Shown here one piece after another: positions 51,716 to 64,000 of a DNA stretch of 64,000 bases (within the stretch, counting starts at the first letter, position 1; every line of letters starts with the position of its first letter). A program made the position numbers and the translations under genes. The stretch comes from Camelus dromedarius (taxonomy: Eukaryota): assembly GCF_036321535.1 (NCBI RefSeq), contig NC_087437.1:73720001-73784000 (forward strand), read 5' to 3'. Below the pieces are notes generated by a model. That model ran no database searches. It was given only the letters and a program-made list of their open reading frames with translations, and had not been told where the DNA came from.

Positions 51716-52190
51716 GTATTAGGACAAGCCTTGTGCATAAGGCACAGGTATACTGTAAACAATTATTAAAACTGAAAAAAATTAATATTGGGAGTTAGTT
51801 ACACAGGTGATAGACTCCCTGGGGATCTAAAGAGCAGATGGTAAGTCAACCAAAAGCTTAGCATCAGCAGGAAGCCCCTATCACCTGCTAGCGAGATGAG
51901 GAGGAGATGAACTGTGATTCCACAGCCACTGGACCACAGTTGTCCTGTCCAACAGGAGCTGCTGTTACAGAGGAAACATAGCCAAAGACACCCTAGGAAA
52001 TGAAGAAGAGAAAGAAATATCTCAGCTTACCTTACTTGTCCTGTCCTTCAGTTCTTGGCCACAGCCTTCCAATTAGTCAAATCTACCAGAAGCTTGGGGG
52101 GGTGTGGAAGAGCCTAGAAAATATTTCTTGTGGAACAAAAGCAGAGAAGAGGAAGGGAAGAAGGAATTAGGTAGGAGACCGACAGCACCC
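51716..52190 (-). mobile_element. ERVL solo LTR, LTR33/LTR41-like
   Basis: Starts tgtattagg. gaaatatctcagctt..cctgtccttcagt..gccttccaattagtcaaatctaccagaagc..gagcctagaaaat matches the recalled LTR33-group pattern. Confidence 0.6.
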
Positions 52191-52619
52191 CTGTGTCAAG
52201 GGGTGTTCTGTAACAGAGGCGGGAAGCCTTGTAGCTTCATTTGCCCACTCCAGGCATCAGTGTCTTACTACCTTTGTCGCTGGCACCCATCTACTTCAGT
52301 TTTCTCTTTTTCAATTCCTGAAAAGTTATTTTAGATCACAAAAAGATGAGAATTGATACCACTTTACAGAATAAACTACATGCTTCTCTTTATTAAACTA
52401 AGATGAGCCTGAAATGCACACACCTCTTTTAAGGAAAATCCATTATTATTGATATAATTCTGCTATGACACTGTGATCTTCTGCTCAACAACCCTTCTCC
52501 CCCCATAGGCATTTATGAAACTCTTAGGTAGATGTCGTTAAGGGACAAGTGTACAGCTTTGTTCTGTTTGGAGACTTAACTGAACTGTCACTTTCTTGAG
52601 GGAAGAAACTGTTTTATTT

Positions 52620-52652
52620 GTGTGCGTGTGTGTGTGTATGTGTGTGTGTGTG
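52620..52652. repeat. (TG)n microsatellite
   Basis: Seen directly. Confidence 0.95.
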
Positions 52653-54894
52653 AAACCAGGACAAGAGCCACGGGGACCAGGAGACAAGTTTGGGGAATGC
52701 CTGGGATGGGGGGTGAGCTCTTGTTTGAGAAGAATACATTCCGGTTCCACAGATGGTGGCTGTGGGCCTTCCCGTCTACCTTCCGCCAACTACTGGGAAT
52801 AGAGCATCAGGAGTCACAGCCAATTCTTTTCAAATCATTTTCTTCAAAAGGAAAGAAGGGAGGAGAGAATGGAATCCATGTTTTTTTGTTGCCCTGAGAA
52901 TTGTAAGACACGCTGTATTATTCATCACCTTTACTATTTCTTAACAAATTTGCGATGCCAAACTCATGCCCAATTGGCAGATTAGAAAATTGACACTATA
53001 CTTTCTATTAGCAAAGTTAAGCAACGTACTTAAGGTTAAATCGTAAGTAACTGGCTGAGTCAGTTTACAACCCAGGCATGGAGCACATGCATTATCTACC
53101 TCTCGGTTCCTACCCAGGTTGCCTACAGTAACTGAAGCCAGCAGCAGAGCTCTGCTTCGTGGAGCACACTGTCACCTAAATGGTCACCCCAAGCTAATCC
53201 CAGTTATTTGAAATGTTCAGTGGGAGAGGAGCTTGTATCTCACAATTACAGAGAAAAGAAAGGCTCATAAAGCAAATTGGACTGGGATTGTATTAGTGTG
53301 AATAGTTTTAAATCAATGTACCAATGACTGCTTTCAACTTTAAATAAAAGAAAGGGTTAGCACGCAGAAGAGCTAAGTGCATCAGAAGTAGAGACAGGCC
53401 CGATGACCAAAGACAGAAGAGGGTAACAGAACAATAGAGTGAGCATTAGAAATGTGAGCACTAAAGACAGATTTCAGCAACTCTGCTATTGCTTCTTAGT
53501 CATTCCTTCCAATCTGCAACTGTGGAAAGGAAAAACAAAGCTGGGGCCCTGCTATTTTGTGTTGGGGAACACCTCCGCAATTCTCCCACCAGATCACCTA
53601 CTCTTTTATCTGTTGCCAGCATCAGACTTAGAGTTGGGATTTGTTTGAGAAAGGGGTTCTTCCGCCAAAGAAAAAAATGTTCAGGCACTACAACACTAGC
53701 ACATTACTGGTGGTTGTAGAAGCAGCACTGAAATGGGGGTTGAGTGACCCAGGTTTATTCTAGCTTTGTCTCCTTCTATAATACCTCCTTTGTTTAACCT
53801 CTGAACCTCCCCTTCTTTATGCCAGTTGGACCAGGGTCTGAGCATCTCATTGATTAGAGTCCTTCCAGCTCTTGATACCTGCACAGGGAGATGCATTTTG
53901 CAGCAAAAATGGATTTTTATCACTCCTCCCTTTTGTTGTCATCTCTCAAGGAATTTTAATTTGGGAGGCAGCTGTAATATTAGGGGATGATTGAGCATGG
54001 TGAGCTGTGGTTAATTATAAGTAAGTGGTGTTTTGAGGTGTGGCTGTGAAGTGGTACAAGCCTATGTTAGTTCTAATTGCTTTACACTAGGTTATCATGA
54101 GGAGAACTTGTTCCAGAACTTCCTTCTCCTACAACTTACAGAGGTGACCACAGACAGTATTAAAATTATCTGGGCTCAAGATATCACTGTCACAGTCTTG
54201 TTTTAGGGACCCGTAAAAGTTCTTCACCTTCAGGCTTACTTGGAAGTCTTGAGTCTGGGACAATTGGCCCTGCATGTCCAGAGTGGAGGAAGTGTCTCCA
54301 GGGAGGGGACCCAGGAGAGTTAAGGAGAGGGTGCCTGGTCCCTGTTTGTGTAGTGATTCATCAAACCCACCAAGCAGACACCAGTATCTGTGTTTATACA
54401 CCAAGCTTAACCAGCACCCAGAGAAATCTGGCTGTACTAATGGGGACTCGTTTCATTTTATTCTAAGAATTTTACAGTGTGAAGTTTCTCGGTAGCAACC
54501 TGCATAAATCCTAGAGAAATTTTTTCCCAGGAGCTGCATTTATGATAGAAAATAAAACAAGTCTACTGGTCTAGAGATGCAAATTTAATTCCTTTTTACT
54601 GATTTCCTTTGTTATTTACAAGGATATCCAGGGTGCCTATAAGGGGGAAACTTTCTGATGTGAGTTGTGAGTTTTTCACCTTTCTGGGATCTAGAGCATA
54701 TAAAAAGGAACTGAAACAAAGGATAGGTTTTGACTAAAAAGGATTATGTTAAAAGGTTTTGTGACTCATGTGATGCTCTGAGTTAGGGTGAGAAATGTCA
54801 GGATAGAATCTTGTTCATTAGTTGGCTCCCGAGCCTCTCACAGCACAGCAGTTAACAAGGGAGATACACATATCCTATGGTTTATTGTAACTCC

Positions 54895-55210
54895 ATTCAT
54901 TTCAACAAATATTTATTCAGTCTGTTCTGTGTGTGAGGAAATATTTTAGGCTCTGAGGATACAGTGTGAAAAAGACTTTGGACAATGTCTCTGCATTCAT
55001 GAATATTATTTTATTGTGGGCAAGAGAATAAACAGATAAGTACCTCATTACTACATAATGTAATGTCAGGTACATTACTCTGAAGAAAAAAATTAATTGG
55101 GTAAAGTGATAGAGAAAGAGGGTTGAGGGTTAACATTATGCATTGTGATACTGGGAGTCCTGTCTGATGTGATGACATATCAGAAGACATCTGAAAAGCT
55201 GGGAAAGCAA
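54895..55210 (-). mobile_element. L2 LINE 3' end
   Basis: cattcatttcaacaaatatttatt ... ttttaggctctgaggatacagtgtgaa. Confidence 0.8.
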
Positions 55211-55509
55211 TAAAATTGATATTTGAAAACCAATCTTTACGTTTTTCATTATTCTTATTTGCAACTGTGATTTGACCATTCTGTTTCCTACACCTAAAAT
55301 ATCCTCTCCTTTCTCAATTTTTGTCGTTTAGATCCAGTTCATGATATACCTTGATTGTTGGTACAATCCAGTGCAATCTTGGGTAAAATCCCCTTTTTTG
55401 AGTGTAAAGATTCCTTTGTTGACAGTCTTTCTTGGGAGAAATAGAATTAATAAATGTGACAATTAAGTGGATTGCATGAGGCTTCTAAGGCCCTTTCTTA
55501 AAAATAAAA

Positions 55510-55750
55510 TACCCATTAAAACATAACTCGCCATTTTTCTCTCCCTTCAGCCCTGGCAACCACCATTCACTTTTCTGTTTCTGTGAATTTGAGGATCTGC
55601 ATTTTAAGTGAAATGAATACTTCATAGAATATTTGTCTTTTTGTGACTGGCTTCTTTCACTTAGCATAGTGTCCTCAAGATTCATCCATGCTGTAGCATG
55701 TGTCAGAATTTCTTCCCATTTTAAGAGTAAATAATATTCCATTTTTTATG

Positions 55751-55795
<45 letters not shown>

Positions 55796-55812
55796 ACATT
55801 TTCTTAATCTAT
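55510..55812 (-). mobile_element. L1 (L1MB-like) 3' fragment containing (TA)n at 55756-55792
   Basis: cagccctggcaaccaccatt..cttt ctgtttctgtgaattt; ORF 55485-55742(-) MEYY....EILTHATAWMNLED.MLSE.SQSQKDKY. Confidence 0.9.
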
Positions 55813-58110
55813 TTATAAAACAGTTTTATTGATATAATTGATAAGATGCTAAACATTTCACATTAAAAATGTTCAATTTTATAAATTTAGATGTATGAAT
55901 ACACTCACAAAACTACCACTACAATCAAGATAGTGAACACATCCATCATCTGCAAAAGTTTCCTCATGCCCTTTTGTAATCTTCCCTTCTGGGTTGTCTT
56001 CAGGTGATAACTGATCTGTTTTTTTTCTAGCATTTTTTTAGAACTATTTCTGTCATATCAGTATAATTAATTTGAGATTCATCTATGTTACTGCATATAT
56101 AAACAGTTCATTCTTTTTATGATTGATTAGTCTTCCATAGTAGCAATATACAATAGTTTGTTTATCCATTCACCTGTGATAGATTTTTGGGTTGTTTCTA
56201 GTTTTAGTAAATTATAAATACATGAGTATTACAACTTTAATTACAAATACATGAATGCTATGAACATTTGCGTTTAAGTCTTTGTGTGGATTATCTTTTT
56301 ATTTCTCTTGGGTAAATACCTAGGAATGGAATAACGATGATATACTAAATGTATGTCTAACTTTTTAAGAAACTGTCAAGCTGTTTTCCAGAGTGATTGA
56401 ACCATTTTACATTTCTACCTGTTATATAATAGTTTCAGCTCATCCACATTCTAGCCATTACTTTCTATGGTCAATCTTTTAATCTTAGCCATTCTAGTAG
56501 ATGTGCAGTGGTAATTCATTGTGGTTTTAATTTGCCCTCCTTAATGACTAAGGTGAGGAAAAGAAAGGATGAACATCTTTTCATGTGCATATTTGCCATT
56601 TTGTGTTCAAATCTTTGGTCCATTTTTTGTTGAGTTGTTTTCTTATTGTTGAATTTGGAGCTTTAAAAAATACATTCTGCTAAATGTCTATCAACAGATG
56701 ACTAGGTAAAGAAGATGTGGTATAAATATACAATGGAATATTACTCAGCCATAAAAAAGAAAGAAATAATGCCATTTGCAGCAACATGAGTGGACCTAGA
56801 GATTATAGTACTAACATTTTTTTAGAACTATTTCTGTCATATCAGTATAATTAATTACTAAGTGAAGAAATCATAGAAAGACAAATGTCATATATCACTT
56901 ACATGTAGAATCTTAAGAAATGATACAAATGAACTTATTTACAAAACAGATAGAAACTCACAGACATAGAAAGCAAACTTATGGTTATCAAAGTGGAAAG
57001 AGTGGGTGGAGGATAAATCAGGAGTTTGGGATTAACAGATATAAACTACATTTAGTTTTAAGATCCATTTTGAGTTTTTTAAAAGAAATATACAAGTATA
57101 GATTAAAGGTTTTCAGTTGTGTTTTGTTTTGCTTATTTTTTTATTTTGACATAAACATATTCAATTATCCAAGTACTATTTATTTAAAGACTAATTTTTC
57201 CTCCACTGAATTGATCATGCCCTTTGTCAAAAGTCAGTTTTCTATACATGTAGGTGTCTATTTCTGAACTCTGTTCTGTTCTGTTGATCTATTTGCCTAT
57301 TTTTATGTCAATTCAACCCTTCATGATTGAAGAAGTCTTAAAACCAGAAAGTCTTTTCAAAGTTGTTTAAACTATTGTCTACCATTTGCATTTCCATATT
57401 AATTTTAAAATTTTAGCTTTTCAACATCTTCAAAAATGCTTTTGGGATTTTGGATAGGATTGTGTTAAATATATAGACCAATTTGTCAAGAAGTGGTATT
57501 TAAAAATATTGGATTTTCTGATACATGTACTTTGTATAAGTTGCTTTCTATTTTTTAAATGATCTGTAATTTCACTCAGCAATATAGTGTAGTTTTCAGT
57601 GTACAAGTTTTGAACACATTTTGTTAGATTTATTCTTACCTATTTTGTGGTTTTTGATGATATTATAAATGATATTTTTAAATTAAAGTTTCCAATATTT
57701 TTGCTAATACATAGAAAACAACTGATTTTTGTGTGACAATCTTTTATTCTGCAAACTTGATAAACTGACTTATTAGTTTAAGTAGTGTTTTTGTAGTTTC
57801 CATAGAATTTTCTACATAGACCATTTTATTTATTCATTAGCTGTATGCTTTTTGTAGATGCCCTATATCAAATTAAGGAGGCTCTTTCTATTCCCTTTGT
57901 GCTGAGTTTTTATGAGGAATAGATGCTGGGTTTTGTCAAATACTTTTTCTGTATTTCATGAGAGTATCATGTGGTTTTTCTTTTGTTAGTTTGTAAATAT
58001 GGTGAATTACATTGACTGACTTTCAAATATTAAACCAACTTTGTATTCTCATTATAAAACCCAATTAGATATGATTTATATGTCATAGGAATTGATTTGC
58101 TAAATTAAAA
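55813..58110 (-). mobile_element. Old L1 (L1MC/MD-like) 3' UTR and decayed ORF2, interrupted at about 56680-57048
   Basis: ctaccactacaatcaagatagtgaacacatccatc; cttgggtaaatacctaggaatggaat; tttgggattttggataggattgtgttaaat; gaattacattgactgactttcaaat. Confidence 0.9.
56680..57048 (+). mobile_element. Artiodactyl-type L1 3' fragment inserted antisense into the older L1, with no poly(A) tail
   Basis: aaatgtctatcaacagatga..aaagaagatgtggta..caatggaatattactcagccataaaaaaga; gatacaaatgaacttatttacaaaacaga; ggataaatcaggagtttgggattaacagata. Confidence 0.9.
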
Positions 58111-58235
58111 AAAATACAAGTACCTATAATCATGAAGAATATTGGCCTGTAGTCTTTCAAAAGAATTAAAAGTAATGTGCAGTTAAGCCAGTTTTTAAAG
58201 CTTAAAATGATATTAATAATGGCTTGTGGTGTGCC

Positions 58236-58263
58236 TCTGTGTGTGTATGTGTGTGTGTGTGCC

Positions 58264-58306
<43 letters not shown>
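58236..58306. repeat. Long interrupted (TG)n microsatellite
   Basis: Seen directly. Confidence 0.95.
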
Positions 58307-58307
<1 letters not shown>

Positions 58308-58319
58308 TGTTCTTGTGCT

Positions 58320-58418
58320 AAAAGGGCAGAGCTGAGTATTTGTGTCAGAGACCATATGGCCTGTAAAGCTTAAAATATTTACTATCTAGCTCTTTATAGA
58401 AAATAGTTCTATACCCCT
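58320..58418. mobile_element. MER58 (hAT-Charlie) half element
   Basis: cagagaccatatggcctgtaaagcttaaaatatttactatctagctctttatagaaaatagtt..accc matches the recalled MER58 terminus. Confidence 0.85.
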
Positions 58419-59029
58419 ATAAATATTCTTACTATTTATAAGGTTGATTAGTTGTGATGATTTAAAGCAAATTTCATCAGCAAATGGTTTGAAAGCCATC
58501 CGATTTTGTTCATAGGAGAATTAGGTAAAGTAATAGACTTGTGTTCTCAGGCTATGACTAGAGCCTGGAATTGAGGACATCTAATGGATGAGACCTCGTC
58601 AGGAACTAGAAGATTCGACTTATGTGGAGTCTATGTTTCTAGTTGGCAGTTTTCTCCTGTGGAGCTTCTTCATTTATAAAATAGAAGTAAAATCACAGCA
58701 TCTGCCTGTTTCAAGGCTCACATAATATAGCAATTGTATAATGAAAAATGTAAAAAATAAAATGAAAATTATTAGCATTTAAATTGCATTTAAATAAGAA
58801 AAGATATATATGACAGACTGTGAATACAAACAACAAATTTCTACATAACAGATAAGTTGGTTCTTTTGGGTTGACTTATTTCACTCACCTTAGTTGATAT
58901 TTTCCACAATTGATCAGAATAATTGCATAATTAATTTGACCTTTTACAAAATCTCCTATGTTATCTTTTTGCCTCCATCAAATTGTACTCCACCTCCTGT
59001 CTTCTTCCTCATTTCTTACTATCATTATC

Positions 59030-59250
59030 GGTGCCATTTATTGGGCATTTACTATGATCCATTTACTGTATTAAATATTTTATACACAATATCTAATCCC
59101 AACAATAATGGTATGAGGTACATATTACTACTATTATCATTTTACAAATGAAGACATTGATACAAAAATAGTTTAAATGTTATGTCCAAGACTGCAAAAT
59201 TCTTAGGTGGCAGAGCTGAAGTTTAAACTCAAGTCTATTTGAGCTTACAG
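59030..59250 (-). mobile_element. MIR SINE
   Basis: catttattgggcatttactatg ... cattttacaaatgaagacattga ... gtggcagagctgaagtttaaactcaagtct. Confidence 0.8.
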
Positions 59251-60887
59251 TTTGCAGTATTATTATGTATCTTCTCTCTTTCTTCTAGAATTTAGTGCAC
59301 CTTCTGTTCAGGAGTCATGTCTTATTCCACTCTACATTTCCCCAGCCTAGATCAGTGCCCTACATGGAGTAAGCCCATAATAAAAATTAATAAAAATTAG
59401 TGAAAATTAAAGTCAATAGTAATAGAATTTTAAAAGTGAAGAAAAGAATACAGTGGTTTATTTGGGTTAAAAATTGGGGACAAATAGGTTTGGAAAATTC
59501 TAGATTGAAAGATTGTCTTACAACAAGACCTTTCAAAGATTTTAAGAAGAAATATGTGTGATGAATTTAGTCAAGTTTATTGTAGCATGCAACCTTCATT
59601 AAAGATGTTTGAGTTCGGAATTTCTTTTTTGAGTAAACACTTTCTTGGGTTTTGGGAAAGTTTAACTTAATTTGTAAAAGGAAATGGATTTAAAAATTGT
59701 TAACAAACTGCATTTTTATGCAGTGAAATATTGAAGTTTATTCAGCAAACAAATTAATATTTTCTCCAATTTGAACATTTTCAGAATAGAGCAGAATTTG
59801 GCATGAAGTAATGATCTATAAAAGAATTTTCTTATTAAATATGACCTGGTGACTTTTTGAACAAATTACTCATTAATGCCTATGGGCTACATTTTATATT
59901 AAAGACAAAAAAATTACTAATGAGGTGCTGGGAGAGGCACAGGAAGACCTAAACCAGTTTAACATTGCTCAGAAATTGTGAGGAACAAATAAGATACAAA
60001 ACAATCATTACCACTGCTTCTAAAAAAAAGATCCTTAACAGAGTTGTTGTTCCACCTATTCTTTACCTGTGACATAATCCCATCTTGGATATAAAAACTC
60101 AAGTAATATGAATTTATGTCAATTATTCCCAATTTAACTGGATAATACGTGTTTGAGTAATTGGAAGTTTAGATTGAAACTTCAATGGAGTAACCAATTA
60201 TTTGAGTATGCTAAGCTGTTAGCTCAGTAACAGTCAGTATCTTCAAAGCAAGTGATCAGGCTATTTTTGTTTGATTTTACTGATGACTGTATCAAGCAAG
60301 GTTTTGGATTGTATGAAATGACTTCATATATTTGCATATTATGTATATTGCACTTTTATGGCTAGTGCAAATAAGGGGTGGTGGAGGAGCCAAAATTCTG
60401 TATGGCAAAAATAGTGCCTAGAAAATCTGTATTAGAAGGTATGAATTCTATTTATAATCATTCAGTTAACCAGATCTGGTCATCTTCAGTGTCTATGTAA
60501 TATGTTGGACACCAAGGTAACTCCTCCAGATGCCTCTGACTTTAAATGAAGATATATGTGCTGTCTCAGTGAAACTCAATGATTTAGAGGGATAGAGAGA
60601 GAATTAGAGCAATTAAAATGATCCTGGGTGTGTGGTGGTAAGTTTATGGAAGAGGTGAAACTAAATAAAAGGTGGAGATTCAGGAAGGATTTCCAGAGGG
60701 AATAATGCCTGAACTATGGTTTGAAGAATGAATGAAAGAAATGAAGCAGAAAAGGGGACTGGGAAAGTAAAGCAAAGGCTTGAGGACAAATTCCTAAGGG
60801 GATAAAGATGTGCTAATAAAAAGATTTTACAGAGATGAGTACATTTGAGGAACTCCAAGTAACTCAGTGTGGCTTAGAAGAGGGTAC

Positions 60888-61292
60888 TGTGATGGTAATT
60901 TTATGTGTCAATTTGACTAGGCCACAGTAACCAGCATTTTGGTCAAGTATTATTCTAGGTATTTCTATGAAGGTATTTTTAAAATGAGATTAACATTTAA
61001 ATCAGCAGGCTGAGTAAAGCAGATTACTTTCTTTTATTTGGGTGGCTTCATCCAATCCATTGAAGGCCTTAATAGAAAAAGACTGACCTCCTTCAGAAGA
61101 GTGAATTCTACCTGTAGCCCACCTTTGGACTTGAACAGCATTTCATTCCTGGTCTCTGGCCTGCCAGCTTACCTTGTGAATTTTGGACTTGCCAAGCCTT
61201 CATAATGGCCTTGAGCCAGCTCTTTAAAATACCTCTCTTTCTCGCTGGACATCCTGTTGGTTCTGTTTCCCTGGAGAACCCTGACTAACATG
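60888..61292 (+). mobile_element. MLT2 (ERVL) solo LTR
   Basis: tgtgatggtaattttatgtgtcaatttgactaggccaca ... tcctgttggttctgtttccctggagaaccctgactaa. Confidence 0.93.
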
Positions 61293-61354
61293 GATGCACA
61301 GAGGAGAGAAGCAAGAGTTGTAAGATATTGAAGAATGACTGAAAGATTTCTGTT

Positions 61355-61830
61355 CTTTTTTTTAAAAAAAAATTGACATAGAGCACACATAAAAAAGTGA
61401 ACATGTGTTAATACTCTTTATAAAAATGCATATGAACACACACATGTAACCAGGACCAAAATAGAAAAATAGGACAATACCAGCACCCTCTTCCAAGTTC
61501 TATCCCCAACTCCATGAGTCTCCACAGTCCTGACTTCTAAAGGCACAGCTTAGTTTTGCATGTTACTGAATTTTTTAAATGTTTGTATGTAATACATGTT
61601 ACTTGTATGTAGTTTAGTTTGTTCTCATTGTTATAACATATTTCATTGTGTGACTATGCCACAACATTTTCATCCATTCTAAAGGTAGGCAGTCAGGTAG
61701 TCTCTAATTTTTACTATTTTGTATAGAATTATCATGTACATTCTACTATATGCCATGTGGTGAACATGTGTGCATAACTGTTGATTATATCGATAGGAAT
61801 GATGTTGCTAGATTGTAACATCTGCTCAAT
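61355..61830 (-). mobile_element. Old L1 (L1ME-like) 3' end
   Basis: catgtaaccaggaccaaaat..aaatag.acaataccagcaccc; tcctgacttcta..cacagcttagttttgc; ttcattgtgtgactatgccacaa. Confidence 0.75.
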
Positions 61831-62329
61831 CATAGAATCGTGGAAAGGTAACTGATCATATTAGCCTTTTAGACAGATCTTTCTCATAGTAATGAAAATA
61901 ATGGATTAAAGAATAATGAGAATAATCCAAATGAGGACTGATAGAGGTTTGCACTGGTGTGTGTAAGTGAGGTAGAAATTAAGAATGGATAAGAGAGCTA
62001 TTTTTTAGAATGGGAAATGATTAGACTTGAAGGCCCAGTGATACTTAGGTGTGAGGTCAGGTTGACTCTCGGCTGTCTAGCTGGGTAGATAATGGTTCTA
62101 TTCATGGAGATGGGGACTGTGGGAATCTCATTAAATGAGCATGAACTTGCTTCCAGGAGGGTGCTATTATTTATTTTGGAAAGGAGGAAAGAAAGACTGA
62201 CACAGAATAGCTAATAATGGCTTATTTTCTCCAAGATGTTTTACTAATTCTTTAATTAACCAAAATAGTTCCTGGCTTCATATATTAATTACCATGCATT
62301 CTAATAATTGATATCCTTTGATACTCACA

Positions 62330-62545
62330 GAGAGCTAAAACAGACAGACCTGGGTTTGAATTTACCTCTGTCCCTTAGGAATTATATGGACTTAGGCTAG
62401 TTACTTAACATTTAAGAGGCAGTTTCTTCACCTGTAACACAAGGTAATAATATACCTCTTGCATGATTTAATGAGATGAAGTATATAAAACATCTCTTAA
62501 ATCTATCAGTGCCTAATACAGTAAATTTACATGATAGCCACAATT
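62330..62545 (+). mobile_element. MIR SINE
   Basis: cagacagacctgggtttgaat ... ttaggctagttacttaac ... cagtttcttcacctgtaa. Confidence 0.8.
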
Positions 62546-64000
62546 ATTGTTATATTTGGTTATTACATCTTAATGCTTTCTCTTTTTTTATCACTCATAT
62601 TCTCAAATAAAGAAGAGAGACCATCTTTTCCTCCACTCTCAACAGTTTACCCTAAAATCTGAGCATTTGGGCCTTAAATAAAAATTGACACTGTGTTTAG
62701 CAGTCTTGAATCAGACCCAATCATCCCCCTGCCCAAGGTAGCTTCTGATGTAAAATATAGATGTATGCACTGGTGTCTGGTATGATTCTGTTCTTTGCCA
62801 TTCCTAGACAATTCAATTTTAATGATTTCATATGCCATTTTCATACTCTTCCCAATTTCTGAGTATCTATCGATCTCTAGCTATCATCTGTCTATTTGTA
62901 TTAAGCTGTTTTTCAGACTATATACATAAGGTTATGAATAATTAATGCATTGTCATACATATAAATAATAAAGTATTATTACCATTTATCATTTCAATAT
63001 ATGCTGCCATACTGTGATAAAAAGTCAACTTTTCATTTAATCAAACTTATGTTCATAATAAGTACATTCATATTACAAAGAAATTTTCTTCATTTTTCTC
63101 CCTTTTGTTCAAAATAGATGAATAAATTTTTGCATTTTTGGCACTAGAAATGGAATTAACAGCTCTCTGATGCAAACTTTATGAGGAGTATCTCTGTAAA
63201 ACATGAAATGTAGAATAATCCCATGTTTTGGGAAGAAGATTAGTTGAACTAATGAACAGACTGCAAAGTTTCCATGTATGTAGAAAAGACAAATTTTCTT
63301 GGTCACAAAATTCAGAGCTGAAAAGAGTCAACAGGAGTCAGCTGAGTAGCCACAACCATTGAACCAGGAGCGGATTAGGTGTATATTGAATGAGAATGGA
63401 GCTGCCGCTAATTCACGGATTCTTGCTGCTTCACCCATACACAGTAGGAAAGACTGGCATGGTTATTGCTGAAACCCTGCCCTGGGATATTGACTTAGGA
63501 AGTTGGCAGGTTTTCTGAAAGGCTTACCAAGTTTCCAGCAAGTGCACTGAAGTTCATTGAATCTATTCATCCTAGTCTAGCTTTTCCCAGACAGCTCACC
63601 ATCTCAGTGGCCTAAGAATACACCAGCTGCTGCTGTTCAGACTCACTTTATAACAGTCTATCTCCGTGAAAAGTCTAGCCAGAGAGATTAATAAAAAGAG
63701 GAAATATTTATTTAATTTCTTTCAAGTCTGCTGCCTAATTTCTTGCTGACTGAATGGTTTTGGGTGTTTGGCATGTGGACTAATGGAAGGGGACAAAGCA
63801 GGAGTCCCAATCCAGTCATGTATTCATAAACCCTGAAAGCAAGGTTTCTTGACTATAGTTGCAGAGAGTCCCCTGGCGGGGTGGGGGGGGGGCTTTTAAA
63901 TATTATTGCTCACATGGCCCTACGACAGCCAATTAAGTCACAGTCTCTGACGATGTGTTCTGGGTACTGGGATTGTTTTAGTTCCCAAGAAGATTCTGTG

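Larger units (their letters stand above)
60460..62125 (-). mobile_element. L2 LINE interrupted by MLT2 and an L1 fragment
   Basis: tcaggaaggatttccagaggg..cctgaact; resumes at about 61293 and about 61830 with aataatccaaatgagg ... ggataatggttctattcatggagatgggga. Confidence 0.7.

Noticed and set aside
53780..54200. Possible old LTR remnant
   Set aside because: Only a vague resemblance; I could not define termini, TSD or family.
1..64000. tRNA, rRNA, snRNA, NUMT, processed pseudogene or non-retroviral endogenous viral element
   Set aside because: No recognisable sequence or translation by eye. Infernal/Rfam and blastx would be needed to exclude diverged cases.

Overview
AT-rich, CpG-depleted placental-mammal genomic DNA. 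I recognise no protein-coding exon, RNA gene or prokaryote-type system. The ORF track is explained by decayed L1 ORF2, Tigger1 transposase fragments and chance ORFs. Much of the window is a fossil record of transposons: L1, L2, MIR, MaLR (MLT1), ERVL (MLT2, LTR33-like) and ERV1 (MER34-like) solo LTRs, a near full-length Tigger1, MER63, MER45A and MER58, several of them nested. A young L1 3' end resembles camelid L1, and no Alu, Bov-tA/BovB, PRE1 or B1 SINE is visible, so a camelid source is my best guess. L1 and MaLR copies lie mostly on the minus strand, hinting at a long intron of a + strand transcript. The most interesting observations are an exact 42-nt templated insertion inside an L1 fragment that lacks a tail and TSD (a DNA-repair scar), a possible ancient Gypsy gag/PPT/LTR relic, and several candidate non-coding exons and enhancers. 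I found no convincing novel biological system. Family names come from recalled consensus sequences, not from a search, and boundaries of old repeats are approximate.
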